DNA from: Spirochaetota bacterium
Lineage (GTDB): Bacteria > Spirochaetota > UBA4802 > UBA5550
Reading direction: 5' to 3'
Assembly (NCBI GenBank): GCA_963663865.1
Contig: OY760686.1
Location: 1,824,001-1,888,000 of the forward strand
Length of the DNA: 64,000 bases
The notes under the pieces: model-generated
The model's input: the letters and a program-made list of their open reading frames with translations, nothing else
The model's database searches: none
What the model was told of the DNA's origin: nothing
Shown: one piece after another, positions 9,644 through 19,255 of the stretch
How the letters are laid out: every line of letters starts with the position of its first letter
How positions within the stretch are numbered: position 1 is the first letter of the stretch
Translations under genes and position numbers: made by a program

Positions 9644-10854
9644 TTCCCAAGCATGTCGCAGCACAGGACATAGGGTATCCCGTCAGCGGAAACGAAAGGG
9701 GCCGATATGGTTGTGCAGAGGTTGCCTGACGCGGTTGACAGATAGACGGGGCTGGTATACCGCTTTAGCCCGGTCTTAAGATAGAAGAAGTAGTCCTTGT
9801 AAGATTGGTCAGTTCCCTTCGGGTCAGGTGAAAAAAGCGGGCAGCGGGTGTAGTCCGGGAGTTCTTTGCAAAATGTTTCTGATATCTGTATGCCGTCGCT
9901 GTCGATTATATAAACACACTCGACTGCCGGCATTTTGTGAATGATTTTCCCGAGTGTGTCGTGGAAGTCGTTTGGACTCAATGCTGATAGAATTTCAATA
10001 ATGCTGCTTATAACATTGTCGTATCTGATGTGTCTGATGTGAGTCTCCCTGACTCTTTCAAGCATTTGTTCTCTGAACATGTCCGCTGCCTGCAGCATTT
10101 TCCCGGCAACTGATTCCGGCGCTTCAGGAGATTCCTGCGGTTTTGAGAAGTAAAAGCCCTGGAGAAGGTCGGCGCCGATTCTAAGGCATTCGGCAGAGTC
10201 TTCAATGTTTTCAACGCCCTCTGCGACGATTATTGATCCAGTCCCATGGCCCATCGCGGTTATCGCCTTTACTATTTCCCTGCGGTAGAAGCTTCCGCTT
10301 ATGCCCTGGACAAGAGACATGTCAATTTTGATGATGTCAGGTTTTAGAAGTATAATCCTTTCAAGGCTTGAGAACCCTGATCCGATATCATCAATTGCGA
10401 TAAGGAATCCGTAATCCCTGTATCTTCTTACAAAGTCAATCAGAACTGCATCGTCCTTGACCTGGGATTCGAGGATTTCAATCATTATCTGGCTCGGAGC
10501 AATGCCGGATTCCTCAGCGCTTCTGAGGAGGTGGTCTGACCTGTAAGCCGATTCAAGTATTGATGAATTGATGTTTATAGAGAGAACAGAACCGCGGAGG
10601 TGGGCCTCGGATCCTTTGAAACCCTGCAGCGCCGCCTTTCTGCACTGCCTGTCGAGCTCAAGAAGAGTTCCGGTTTCCTCAGCTTTGCTGAAAAGTGTAC
10701 CGGGATTGACCATTCTTCCAGATGAGTCCTTTGCCCTTGCAAGGGATTCAAAGACTGATACCGTCTTTTTTTTTACGGAAACTATCGGCTGGTACACAGA
10801 GTACAGACCTCTTTCGAGTATTTTGTTATATTCTTCATTGGTGAGGCTGTTCAT
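9640..10854 (-). CDS. EAL-domain phosphodiesterase with a C-terminal PDC-like domain
   Basis: [45 protein letters not shown]; C-terminal [21 protein letters not shown]. Confidence 0.88.
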   Translation of the reverse strand: MNSLTNEEYNKILERGLYSVYQPIVSVKKKTVSVFESLARAKDSSGRMVNPGTLFSKAEETGTLLELDRQCRKAALQGFKGSEAHLRGSVLSININSSILESAYRSDHLLRSAEESGIAPSQIMIEILESQVKDDAVLIDFVRRYRDYGFLIAIDDIGSGFSSLERIILLKPDIIKIDMSLVQGISGSFYRREIVKAITAMGHGTGSIIVAEGVENIEDSAECLRIGADLLQGFYFSKPQESPEAPESVAGKMLQAADMFREQMLERVRETHIRHIRYDNVISSIIEILSALSPNDFHDTLGKIIHKMPAVECVYIIDSDGIQISETFCKELPDYTRCPLFSPDPKGTDQSYKDYFFYLKTGLKRYTSPVYLSTASGNLCTTISAPFVSADGIPYVLCCDMLGN

Positions 10855-10973
10855 GGTTATGGACCCGTATGGTTATAAGTAATTTTATAAACACATATAT
10901 CTGAATAGTGTCAATTAATTATTTAGTCTGTGGCAGTGATTTAACAGGGATGTAATCTGCGGTATTAGAGAGC

Positions 10974-12200
10974 TTAGACTTTAGCACCGGACCTCCGGGC
11001 CGCTGAGCTTCCTGCAAGTAATCCGGTCGAGAATGCCGCCTGAAGATTGTATCCCCCCGTATATCCGTCAATATCCATTACTTCACCAGCGAAAAAGAGG
11101 CCCGGGACTTTGAGTGATTCCATTGTCTTTGGATTGATGTGCTCAATAGAGGCTCCGCCTCTGGTCGCCATTGCATGATTAAAGCCTTCGACAGCATGTA
11201 TTGTCACTTCAAAGGCTGTCAGGCTGTCAATAAGGGCCTTCCTGTTTTCTCTGGATATTTCCGAGGGATGGGTTGCCGGCTTAATGGAATGAATGTCAAG
11301 TACAACCAGAGCCAGGCGTTCTGGAAGGCCAAGACCCTGTATAAGACGTTTGATGTTCTTTGAGCCGGATGAGCGCGATTCAAGAATAAAACTTTCATTG
11401 ATAACCGAAGCTTCTTCAGAAACAAGAGAAAAGCGGAAAATGTCGCCGGGTAGAGCGAAACGGCTTATGTCAAGAACCCCCGGACCCGAAAGCCCTGTAT
11501 GAGTGAAGAGAATATCACCTGTATTCTTTGCCTCAAGCCGGCCTTTTCTGATAAGTTCGCATTTGGAAGATTTGACTGACAAACCGGCAAGTTCAGAAAT
11601 GTACGGTGACTTGATGATAAAGGGCGCAAGAGCTGGACGCTGCGCCACAGTCGGATGCCCGGCCATCTCTGTCAGCAGAGAGCCTGAACCGTCTGAGCCG
11701 GTTGCTGGATAGGATTTGCCTCCTGCTGCAATGATCAGATTTCCAGCCAGGTATTCTTCGCTGTCAGTGATTACGGTAAAACCGTCAGTTTGTCTATTAA
11801 TAGACAGAGCTGGACACTTTGTAAGGAGTTCAGCTCCGCTTTCATTGATTTCAGCAAGCAACATCCGCAGAATATCTGAGGATAACATAGAGGATGGGAA
11901 AACCTTTCCGTCTGGCCTGGTTAATGTTCTAATGCCTCTGGAGTTCAGAAGGGCAATCAATTTTTCTGGAGGAAAAGCTGAAAGCGCCGGTTTTAGAAAT
12001 CTGCCTGTACCGGGATACCTGTCTAAAAAACTGAAAATATCTCCTGTATGGGTTATGTTGCATTGGCCTGAACCGGAGATAAGAAGCTTTCTGCCGGGCA
12101 AAGCTTTTTTTTCGAGAATTAAGCAATCTGGCCCCGCATTCGCTGCCGCAAAGAGTCCAGCCGGGCCAGCTCCAATTATGATTGTTTTACAGGATTTCAT
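10974..12200 (-). CDS. BaiN/HI0933/YhiN family FAD-dependent oxidoreductase
   Basis: IIGAGPAGL, GRKLLISGSGQCNITH, GGKSYPATGSDG, FFAGEVMDIDGYTGGYNLQAAFSTG. Confidence 0.92.
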   Translation of the reverse strand: MKSCKTIIIGAGPAGLFAAANAGPDCLILEKKALPGRKLLISGSGQCNITHTGDIFSFLDRYPGTGRFLKPALSAFPPEKLIALLNSRGIRTLTRPDGKVFPSSMLSSDILRMLLAEINESGAELLTKCPALSINRQTDGFTVITDSEEYLAGNLIIAAGGKSYPATGSDGSGSLLTEMAGHPTVAQRPALAPFIIKSPYISELAGLSVKSSKCELIRKGRLEAKNTGDILFTHTGLSGPGVLDISRFALPGDIFRFSLVSEEASVINESFILESRSSGSKNIKRLIQGLGLPERLALVVLDIHSIKPATHPSEISRENRKALIDSLTAFEVTIHAVEGFNHAMATRGGASIEHINPKTMESLKVPGLFFAGEVMDIDGYTGGYNLQAAFSTGLLAGSSAARRSGAKV

Positions 12201-12306
12201 TTTCGCAGAATTAAGTGTAATTGGATTGCTGTCAAACAGAGTAATGCGAGGATTGACAAAAAAAGTGATGAAAAATTTTAATAAGGAAAAAAAATTCCAA
12301 TAATTA

Positions 12307-12353
12307 TTGACAAAAGGTGAAGGAAATTTTACCTTGTTAGAAGTAGCTAAGAA
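12307..12353 (+). promoter_or_regulatory. Sigma70-like promoter of feoA with adjacent palindromic operator
   Basis: TTGACA(12307)-N17-TACCTT, then TT-GTTAG-AAGTAG-CTAAG-AA (12334-12353). Confidence 0.6.
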
Positions 12354-12370
12354 TAAAAGAGGTATCTTTT

Positions 12371-12634
12371 ATGTTCGACGGCATTGTAAAACTGGAAAAC
12401 ATGGGATGTGCAAAATTGAATTTGGCTGATGCGCCCCGGGGTAAAATGCTAAAAGTAGGTCGATTTCAGGGCGGAAGGGCGTTTTATCAGAAGCTTTTAA
12501 GCCTTGGCTTTTATCCAGGAGCCGCCATCAAGGTGATTTCATCAAGCAAAAAGGGTCCTGTTATCGCTGAGATATGCGGATCAAGGGTGGTTATTGGTCA
12601 CTCCATGGCTGAAAGGATATCAATCGACTGTTAG
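12371..12634 (+). CDS. feoA: Ferrous iron transport protein FeoA
   Basis: QKLLSLGFYPGAAIKV...GPVIAEICGSRVVIG SH3-like motif; upstream of feoB. Confidence 0.9.
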   Translation: MFDGIVKLENMGCAKLNLADAPRGKMLKVGRFQGGRAFYQKLLSLGFYPGAAIKVISSSKKGPVIAEICGSRVVIGHSMAERISIDC

Positions 12635-12667
12635 GAAGAAAAAAGAGAAGTTTTTTTTGAAACAAAG

Positions 12668-12683
12668 GTTAGTTAAAACAAAC
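12668..12683 (+). promoter_or_regulatory. Second copy of the GTTAG-N6-CTAAC-like operator, in the feoA-feoB gap
   Basis: GTTAG-TTAAAA-CAAAC. Confidence 0.45.
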
Positions 12684-12840
12684 AAAGTTAGATGTCAGGT
12701 TTGTTCAGATGTTCTTTTAATCTATTGTTAAAAAGAATTGTGTGGAGTTCAAGCGTTTTTTTGAAGTTCATTCGTTATGAAGACGCCGAATTCAATAATT
12801 AAGTATCAATCGAACTAATGAATTTTAATGGAGTTGGTAA

Positions 12841-15150
12841 TTGGGCAAGAGTTTAAAGGTTGCAATAGCGGGAAATCCAAACTGCGGGAAAACAACCCTG
12901 TTTAATTCGCTGACAGGCGGAAGGCAGACCATAGGAAATTGGCCCGGCGTCACCGTAGAAAAAAAAGAGGGACGCTATTCCTATAAGGGCCGCGAGGTCG
13001 AACTTGTTGATCTTCCCGGAATATATTCACTTTCTGCTCATTCGGAGGACGAGAGGGCGGCTATGGACTACCTCAACTCTCATGATGCAGACCTTGTAAT
13101 CAATGTCGTTGATGCTCTCAACCTGGAAAGAAATCTTTACCTGACGGTACAGCTTGCCGAAATGAAGGTTCCCATGGTTGTTGTTCTTAACAGGATGGAT
13201 CTCGCTGAAAAGGACAAGATTTCAATAGACATCAATCACCTCTCTGAGCATCTCGGGGTTCCCGTGGTTGGCGCCAGTGCAATAAAAAAATACAGCGTTG
13301 AGTCAGTCAAGGATGCCATTGAGAGCTCGCTGAGCGGCCCAACGATTCCTTCTCTTGCTGTGGATTATCCTGATGAAATTCAGCGATATGTCAATAAGTG
13401 GAGCTCGGATTTGACCGGTGTTGCTGGTGAATTCGGAGCTAATCCCCGCTGGTTTGCGCTGAAGATGGTTGAGGGTGACAGGTGGGCGGTCAATGAGGCC
13501 GTCTCCTCCGGGCTGGTCGGCCGCGGCGATGTTGTCGCGGCGGTGCATGAGATCGAATCCTATCTTTACGAGTCTCCGGATATAGTTATCGCAGATTACC
13601 GCTACGGCTACATAAACAGCCTTGTCCGCGAGGTGGTTACGAGAAAGGTGGACCGCCAGAGAGTGTCTGACATAATTGACCGTGTTGTTTTGAACAGGGT
13701 TCTCGGTGTTCCAGTATTTCTTGTAGTTATGTATTTTGTCTTCTGGGCTGCGATCTCATTGGGCGGTGCGTTTATTGATTTTTTCGATATCGCTTTTGGT
13801 GCAGTATTTGTAGATGGATTTGGATATCTTCTCAGTCTTGCGGGAACGCCAGCATGGCTTAATGCTCTTCTTGCCGGAGGAATTGGCGCGGGCATTCAGA
13901 CTGTTGCAACTTTTGTTCCGATTATTTTTATGATGTTTTTTATGCTCTCCCTGCTTGAGGATTCAGGGTATATGGCCCGCATCGCGTTTGTCATGGACCG
14001 ATTCATGCGCTTCATAGGCCTGCCAGGGAAGTCCTTTGTACCGCTCCTCGTAGGTTACGGCTGTACTGTGCCTGCTGTTCTCGCTACAAGGACTCTTGAG
14101 TCCAGAAGGGACAGGCTTCTTACCATACTTATAGCGCCATTTATGTCCTGCGGAGCCAGGCTGCCTGTTTATGCTCTTTTCGCGTCTTCTTTTTTTCCCG
14201 GAAACGCGGGTCTTGTAGTTTTTTCACTTTATATCGCAGGGATTGCTCTCGCGGTTGTTTCAGGTCTTGTTTTGAAAAATACACTGTTTGTCGGCGAGCC
14301 TTCTCATTTTATTATGGAGCTTCCGGTTTATAACCCGCCGCGCTTTAAACACATTATTATACACACCTGGGTCAGGCTTAAGGAGTTTGTAGTGAGGGCG
14401 GGGCAGGTTATTGTAATTGGTGTAGCTGCTCTGTCCTTTTTCAACAGCCTCGGTACAGATGGTACTTTCGGCAATGAGGGAACTGAAAAGTCGGTTCTGG
14501 CTAATGCCGGCAAGGCGATAACGCCGGTTTTTTACTCTATGGGTGTTCAGAGTGAAAACTGGCCCGCGGCAGTGGCAATTTTCTCGGGAATATTCGCCAA
14601 GGAATCAGTAGTTGGAACATTGAATTCCCTTTATTCCCAGATTGATTACTCGTATGCAGCTTATGAATCTGCTGCGGGTGAGCCCGGGGCGGCAGGTGAC
14701 GCGGGGCCCGGTGTAGGATCAGCACTGATTGAAGCTATCTCAACCATTCCGGAGAATCTGAAGCAGACGTTTGTGGGGATAACCGATCCTCTCGGAATAC
14801 AAAAGGAGTTTTCCTCCGTGAACAATCCTTCAGTCTACGAGGATAGGGTGCACAGCTCACTGAGGCGGCACTTTAAAAATAACGCAGAGGTTTATGCCTA
14901 TCTTCTGTTTATCCTTATATACTTTCCCTGTATTGCCGCTCTGGGCGCGGTGAGTAAGGAAGCAGGATTAAAGATTGCAGTTCTTCAGGCCCTGTTTCTG
15001 ACTTTGCTGGGCTGGATTGCTGCGACTCTTTTCTATCAATTCGCCGCGGGCGGCAGTTTTATGTGGATTTCCATATCGGCAGCAATGCTTCTGCTGATGG
15101 TGCTCTCTCTCAGAATTATGAGACAAAAACCGGATGATGAAGCTGAATAA
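12841..15150 (+). CDS. feoB: Ferrous iron transporter FeoB
   Basis: G1 GNPNCGKT, G2 GNWPGVTVE, G3 DLPG, G4 NRMD; LEDSGYMAR, PFMSCGARLPVY, AKE, YFPCIA; TTG start with GGAG RBS. Confidence 0.97.
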   Translation: MGKSLKVAIAGNPNCGKTTLFNSLTGGRQTIGNWPGVTVEKKEGRYSYKGREVELVDLPGIYSLSAHSEDERAAMDYLNSHDADLVINVVDALNLERNLYLTVQLAEMKVPMVVVLNRMDLAEKDKISIDINHLSEHLGVPVVGASAIKKYSVESVKDAIESSLSGPTIPSLAVDYPDEIQRYVNKWSSDLTGVAGEFGANPRWFALKMVEGDRWAVNEAVSSGLVGRGDVVAAVHEIESYLYESPDIVIADYRYGYINSLVREVVTRKVDRQRVSDIIDRVVLNRVLGVPVFLVVMYFVFWAAISLGGAFIDFFDIAFGAVFVDGFGYLLSLAGTPAWLNALLAGGIGAGIQTVATFVPIIFMMFFMLSLLEDSGYMARIAFVMDRFMRFIGLPGKSFVPLLVGYGCTVPAVLATRTLESRRDRLLTILIAPFMSCGARLPVYALFASSFFPGNAGLVVFSLYIAGIALAVVSGLVLKNTLFVGEPSHFIMELPVYNPPRFKHIIIHTWVRLKEFVVRAGQVIVIGVAALSFFNSLGTDGTFGNEGTEKSVLANAGKAITPVFYSMGVQSENWPAAVAIFSGIFAKESVVGTLNSLYSQIDYSYAAYESAAGEPGAAGDAGPGVGSALIEAISTIPENLKQTFVGITDPLGIQKEFSSVNNPSVYEDRVHSSLRRHFKNNAEVYAYLLFILIYFPCIAALGAVSKEAGLKIAVLQALFLTLLGWIAATLFYQFAAGGSFMWISISAAMLLLMVLSLRIMRQKPDDEAE

Positions 15151-15185
15151 ATATTTTAATATCACTATATTTTTGGAGAAATGGT

Positions 15186-15959
15186 ATGCAGGAGTTAATC
15201 AATATAATTGAAAAAGGCGGAGCCGTTATGTGGCCAATCGCTTTTTGCGCCTTTGTTACTGTAGTAATCTTAATTGAACGTTATCTGTATTTTAGAGTGA
15301 CTCATGTGCGTTATGATGTTTTTCGTGACTGTCTTGTCGAGAGAATAAGCAAAAACGAAATATCTGAAATTGATTTCAGAAGGGAATATGTGCCTGCGGG
15401 TACAGAAAAAGGTGTTGTTTCCAGAGCTGTCATTCCTTTTAAAAACGCATACAGAAAGTTCTCAGTTCTTGTATGGAACGCCAGTCCGTTTACAAAAATA
15501 GCCTCAGAGTATTCAGCAAACGCAAAGGCTGATGAAAAAACAAGAAATGAGGCTCTGATGAGGACCGGATCACTGGAAATCGAAAAGATGGAAAAACACT
15601 TCAAGATTCTCTCAGCTATAAGCACAATAGCCCCGCTTCTTGGTCTGCTGGGTACAGTAATAGGTATACTTGAGAGCTTTCAGACCATACAGAGGATGGG
15701 CGGACAGGTTGACGTTAATTCACTGGCCGGCGGAATATGGGTTGCTCTTCTGACCACGGTCGCAGGTCTGATAGTCGCGATACCGGCCCAGCTTGGATAC
15801 ATTTATTTTGACAAGAAGGTTACTGAGCGGTCAAACCGTATGAACTATGTAACAACCTATCTGAACGAAAAGCTTTTTGCCCGGTCTGACAGCTCATATT
15901 CATCTGCCGGGGTTGTGTCATCAGTTCAGCGAGACGATTTTGAGCAGAGGCTGGTATGA
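15186..15959 (+). CDS. exbB: ExbB/TolQ/MotA proton channel family protein
   Basis: GGAVMWPI, APLLGLLGTVIG, LAGGIWVALLTTVAGLIVAIPA. Confidence 0.92.
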   Translation: MQELINIIEKGGAVMWPIAFCAFVTVVILIERYLYFRVTHVRYDVFRDCLVERISKNEISEIDFRREYVPAGTEKGVVSRAVIPFKNAYRKFSVLVWNASPFTKIASEYSANAKADEKTRNEALMRTGSLEIEKMEKHFKILSAISTIAPLLGLLGTVIGILESFQTIQRMGGQVDVNSLAGGIWVALLTTVAGLIVAIPAQLGYIYFDKKVTERSNRMNYVTTYLNEKLFARSDSSYSSAGVVSSVQRDDFEQRLV

Positions 15960-16357
15960 TGTTTGTCAGAAAACAAGCGGAGATGCCGTTTATCAATGTA
16001 GCTCCGCTTGTAGATATTATTTTTATACTTTTGATTTTCTTCATGTTGAGCTCGAATTTTATCAAACCGATGCTGATGATGGAGCTGCCCAAAGCATCCC
16101 ATGTTGAAGAGAAGCTTGAGAAGGTTGATATTATCGTGACAGCTGATTCTGCCGGCGCCCTTTACGTTAATCGAGTTCCTGTAGAAATAAACAATCTGCA
16201 GAATTTGCTGACTGAAAGAATGGCCGAGGTCGGGAAATATGATGTGATTTTCAGCGGAGACGGTTCAATCCCCTACGAGATGTTCGTTAAAATCCTTGAT
16301 ATCGCAAAAGAAGCCGGAGCGACAAGTTTTTCCGTGGAACACGACAAGGAGAAGTGA
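15956..16357 (+). CDS. exbD: ExbD/TolR biopolymer transport protein
   Basis: INVAPLVDIIFILLIFFML; overlaps exbB by 4 nt. Confidence 0.93.
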   Translation: MMFVRKQAEMPFINVAPLVDIIFILLIFFMLSSNFIKPMLMMELPKASHVEEKLEKVDIIVTADSAGALYVNRVPVEINNLQNLLTERMAEVGKYDVIFSGDGSIPYEMFVKILDIAKEAGATSFSVEHDKEK

Positions 16358-16361
16358 CTGA

Positions 16362-16907
16362 ATGGGATTTCTTGAGAGGTTTTACGGGCTGGTTGAACAG
16401 GGCAGGTTTTTCAGGATTCTTCAACTCATTTTGCTCTTTGCGCTGGTTGCGGCATATTTAATTTCAGGCATTACCTTCGGCGGGGCAGAGGTCTATAAGA
16501 ATGAACACAGCGAGGTAAAGAGGTACATCGTTAAGAAAGTTTCCAGGCTGCCTGAGAAGGCAGAGCAAAAGGATACTGAAACAGAAAAAAGGGAAGCCGA
16601 TACAATTTCCCCTGAGGATATCAAAAAAAGGTACATATCTTACGTCATATCAAAAATTGAACAGAATAAGATTTATCCGGTCTCTGAACAGCGTCTTAAT
16701 CATGAAGGTAATGTGACATTTATTCTGGAGATAAAAAGAAGCGGAGAAGTTGCGAGTTTTACTTATCTTAACCGATGCCGCTATTCCAATCTTAACAGCG
16801 CGGCTGTTGAGGCGGTCAGGAAATCGGCTCCGTTTGCCCGGATTCCGCCGCAGCTTGAGGAAGATGTGATAAGAATCAAGGTTACTATGAGCTATTTTTT
16901 AAGATAG
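16362..16907 (+). CDS. tonB: TonB-family energy transducer (short, no Pro-rich linker)
   Basis: N-terminal TM; TonB_C motifs IYP..EQRLNHEGNV, LNSAAVEAVRKSAPF; follows exbBD. Confidence 0.82.
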   Translation: MGFLERFYGLVEQGRFFRILQLILLFALVAAYLISGITFGGAEVYKNEHSEVKRYIVKKVSRLPEKAEQKDTETEKREADTISPEDIKKRYISYVISKIEQNKIYPVSEQRLNHEGNVTFILEIKRSGEVASFTYLNRCRYSNLNSAAVEAVRKSAPFARIPPQLEEDVIRIKVTMSYFLR

Positions 16908-17032
16908 CACTCAATGTTAATCCGCTTAAGAAGTCTGCTAAGGAGAAAATGATACTCTTTACTTAAGAACCAGCTTTTTACATCAACTCGCAATTCAGGG
17001 CAATAAAATTATTACCTAAAACTAAAATAAAT

Positions 17033-17080
17033 TTGACAAAAGGAATATCCTTTACAGTGTATGTTAGTTAAGATTAACAT
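17033..17080 (+). promoter_or_regulatory. -35 element and palindromic operator upstream of the TonB-dependent receptor
   Basis: TTGACA at 17033; ATGTTAG-TTAAGA-TTAACAT at 17061-17080. Confidence 0.6.
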
Positions 17081-17103
17081 ATTTAGTCCTATAGGAGAGA
17101 TTT

Positions 17104-19188
17104 ATGGAAACACTTTTTAGCAAAAAGGCATTGATAGTTTTATTTATGATAATGCCTTCTTTGTCTCTTTTTGCGTTTGAAGTTCAGGATTCAACATCTG
17201 GAGCCGTTCCTGTAGACAACCGTGAAGCTGAAAAGGTTGTCGTTACGGGAACAAAGACGGCAAAGCTTATGAGGACAGCACCGGTTAAAACCGAGGTTAT
17301 CAGCAGAGACAGGATTGAAGCCAAGGGCGCGGATACGGTTTTTGAAGCGTTAAAAGGCGAAGTCGGACTGATGGTAGAAAACAACTGTCAGAACTGCGCG
17401 GCTAATACCGTTGCCCTGAACGGTCTCGGAGGAAACTATACGCAGATTCTTATGAACGGATTTCCCTCAATTTCCTCGCTTGCGGGCGTTTACTTTCTTC
17501 AGCAGGCTCCGGCTTCAATGATTGACCGGATTGAGATAGTTAGAGGGGGCGGATCGGCCCTGTACGGTCCCGGCGCTATTGGCGGAGTAATTAACGTTAT
17601 CACGCAAAAGCCTAAAACAAACGGAGCAAATGTTGAATACAGGCAGGAGTTTATAGAAGGATTCAGCAATCCGACATGGGTTGCTAATGTAGATGCTTCC
17701 TACGTGAGCAACGACGGCAAAACCGGCCTGACAGTTTACGGAAGCAAGAAGGACCAGGACAGCTGGGACGGTAATGACGACAGCTATTCCGACCTTCCTG
17801 AACTTAAATCCACTTCAATAGGAGTTGGCGGATTTTTTAACATCATTGAGGGCATGGAGCTGACGTATAACGCCTTTGGAGTTGAGGAGTTCAGAAGAGG
17901 AGGCAACAGTTTTGATCTGGTGCCTGAGAAATCCGGAATCTGCGAGCAGATTGACTCAAACAGGGCTTCAGGTGATTTCAAGCTTTCGCATACGGTTAAT
18001 GATTTCTTTAATTATTCAGTTTATTACGGCTTTGCGAATACAGCACGAAAAACATATTATGGTCCGATGAACTCAGAGCCTTCAACAGACGAACAGTTGG
18101 CTGAAAATCTGCAGAACAACGGAACTACAGACAATCTGTTCCAGGTCGCGGGAACTGACTTCGGGTTTGCAATTGACAAAAACAATCTCATTCAGGCAGG
18201 ATTTGAATACTCTTACGATTCGGTTGTGGATAAAAACGCCAGTATCGAACGCGAGATAAATGATGAACATAATGATGTAGGAATGTACGCTCAATATAAC
18301 GCAAACTATGATTTGTTTGAGACCATCGTTGGTCTTAGGGCTGACAAGCACAGCAAGCTCGATGAATGGGTCTTCAGCCCCAGAGCAAGCGCTATACTCA
18401 AGCCGCTTAAAAGTCTGCGCTGGAGGGCCACTGTCTCGACTGGTTTTGTTGCTCCCCAGGTTTTCGATGAAGACTACCACATAGAGATTGGTCTTGCGGG
18501 TGATACTTCAACTCAGCATGTTATTGTTAACAGCGATGATCTCAAAGAAGAAAAATCAATCAGCTATTCTACCGACCTGGGATATAACATCAAGGCCGGT
18601 AAATTTGACTTTGACGTTAATGTTGGAGGATTTTATACCTCAATCGAGGACGCGATGTTCATCGACTATGACAATGTCGAGTCGACTAACTCAGCTGTTT
18701 ACTATTATAGAAGAAACGCTGAAGGTACAACCAGGGTTTACGGTGGAACCTTCGAGTTTATGGCTGAATACGGTAATATGATCAGCTGGTCAAACGCACT
18801 TACCGTTCAGGACGCGGATATGCCGGATGCGGGAGATCAGTACATGAACAAAATGCCCAATATTCACGGAGCTTCAATGCTGCAGTTGAAGTGGAAAAAA
18901 GCCGAGCTTGACCTCTCTGCCCAGTATATCGGTAAAACCAATGTCTTCAAGGAAGACGAAGGAGAAGAAGGAGAATTTGTCAAGACAGATGACTTCATTG
19001 TTTACGGCGTTAAGGTGAAATACGATCTGCCGTACGGCGGGAACAATGTTGCTTTATACGCTGGTATTGATAATATTACCAACGCCTATCAGGAGGACCT
19101 TGGGGTTGGTACCGACAGGCCTGCCGGATACCTCTACGGTCCAACAAGGCCGCGTACATATTACGCCGGATGTAAGCTTTCACTGTGA
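17104..19188 (+). CDS. TonB-dependent outer-membrane receptor with a CxxC motif in the plug domain
   Basis: Signal peptide; TonB box EKVVVTG; plug NNCQNC; IDRIEIVRGGGSALYGPGAIGGVINVIT; C-terminal GIDNITN...PRTYYAG. Confidence 0.93.
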   Translation: METLFSKKALIVLFMIMPSLSLFAFEVQDSTSGAVPVDNREAEKVVVTGTKTAKLMRTAPVKTEVISRDRIEAKGADTVFEALKGEVGLMVENNCQNCAANTVALNGLGGNYTQILMNGFPSISSLAGVYFLQQAPASMIDRIEIVRGGGSALYGPGAIGGVINVITQKPKTNGANVEYRQEFIEGFSNPTWVANVDASYVSNDGKTGLTVYGSKKDQDSWDGNDDSYSDLPELKSTSIGVGGFFNIIEGMELTYNAFGVEEFRRGGNSFDLVPEKSGICEQIDSNRASGDFKLSHTVNDFFNYSVYYGFANTARKTYYGPMNSEPSTDEQLAENLQNNGTTDNLFQVAGTDFGFAIDKNNLIQAGFEYSYDSVVDKNASIEREINDEHNDVGMYAQYNANYDLFETIVGLRADKHSKLDEWVFSPRASAILKPLKSLRWRATVSTGFVAPQVFDEDYHIEIGLAGDTSTQHVIVNSDDLKEEKSISYSTDLGYNIKAGKFDFDVNVGGFYTSIEDAMFIDYDNVESTNSAVYYYRRNAEGTTRVYGGTFEFMAEYGNMISWSNALTVQDADMPDAGDQYMNKMPNIHGASMLQLKWKKAELDLSAQYIGKTNVFKEDEGEEGEFVKTDDFIVYGVKVKYDLPYGGNNVALYAGIDNITNAYQEDLGVGTDRPAGYLYGPTRPRTYYAGCKLSL

Positions 19189-19206
19189 TCAAGTAACTTT
19201 AAACTC

Positions 19207-19236
19207 ATGACGGTGTCATAGAAACGACACCGTCAT
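19207..19236 (+). other. Perfect 11-bp stem-loop without a U-tract between the receptor and feoC
   Basis: ATGACGGTGTC-atagaaac-GACACCGTCAT. Confidence 0.7.
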
Positions 19237-19255
19237 AATACTGCCTGGAGGTTTT

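Noticed and set aside
12635-12840. Possible second feoA or small ORF in the feoA-feoB gap
   Set aside because: No convincing open frame or FeoA motif; the region looks regulatory.
16908-17103. Cobalamin riboswitch or Fur box upstream of the TonB receptor
   Set aside because: No B12-box/GGGAA core and no GATAATGATAATCATTATC-like site.
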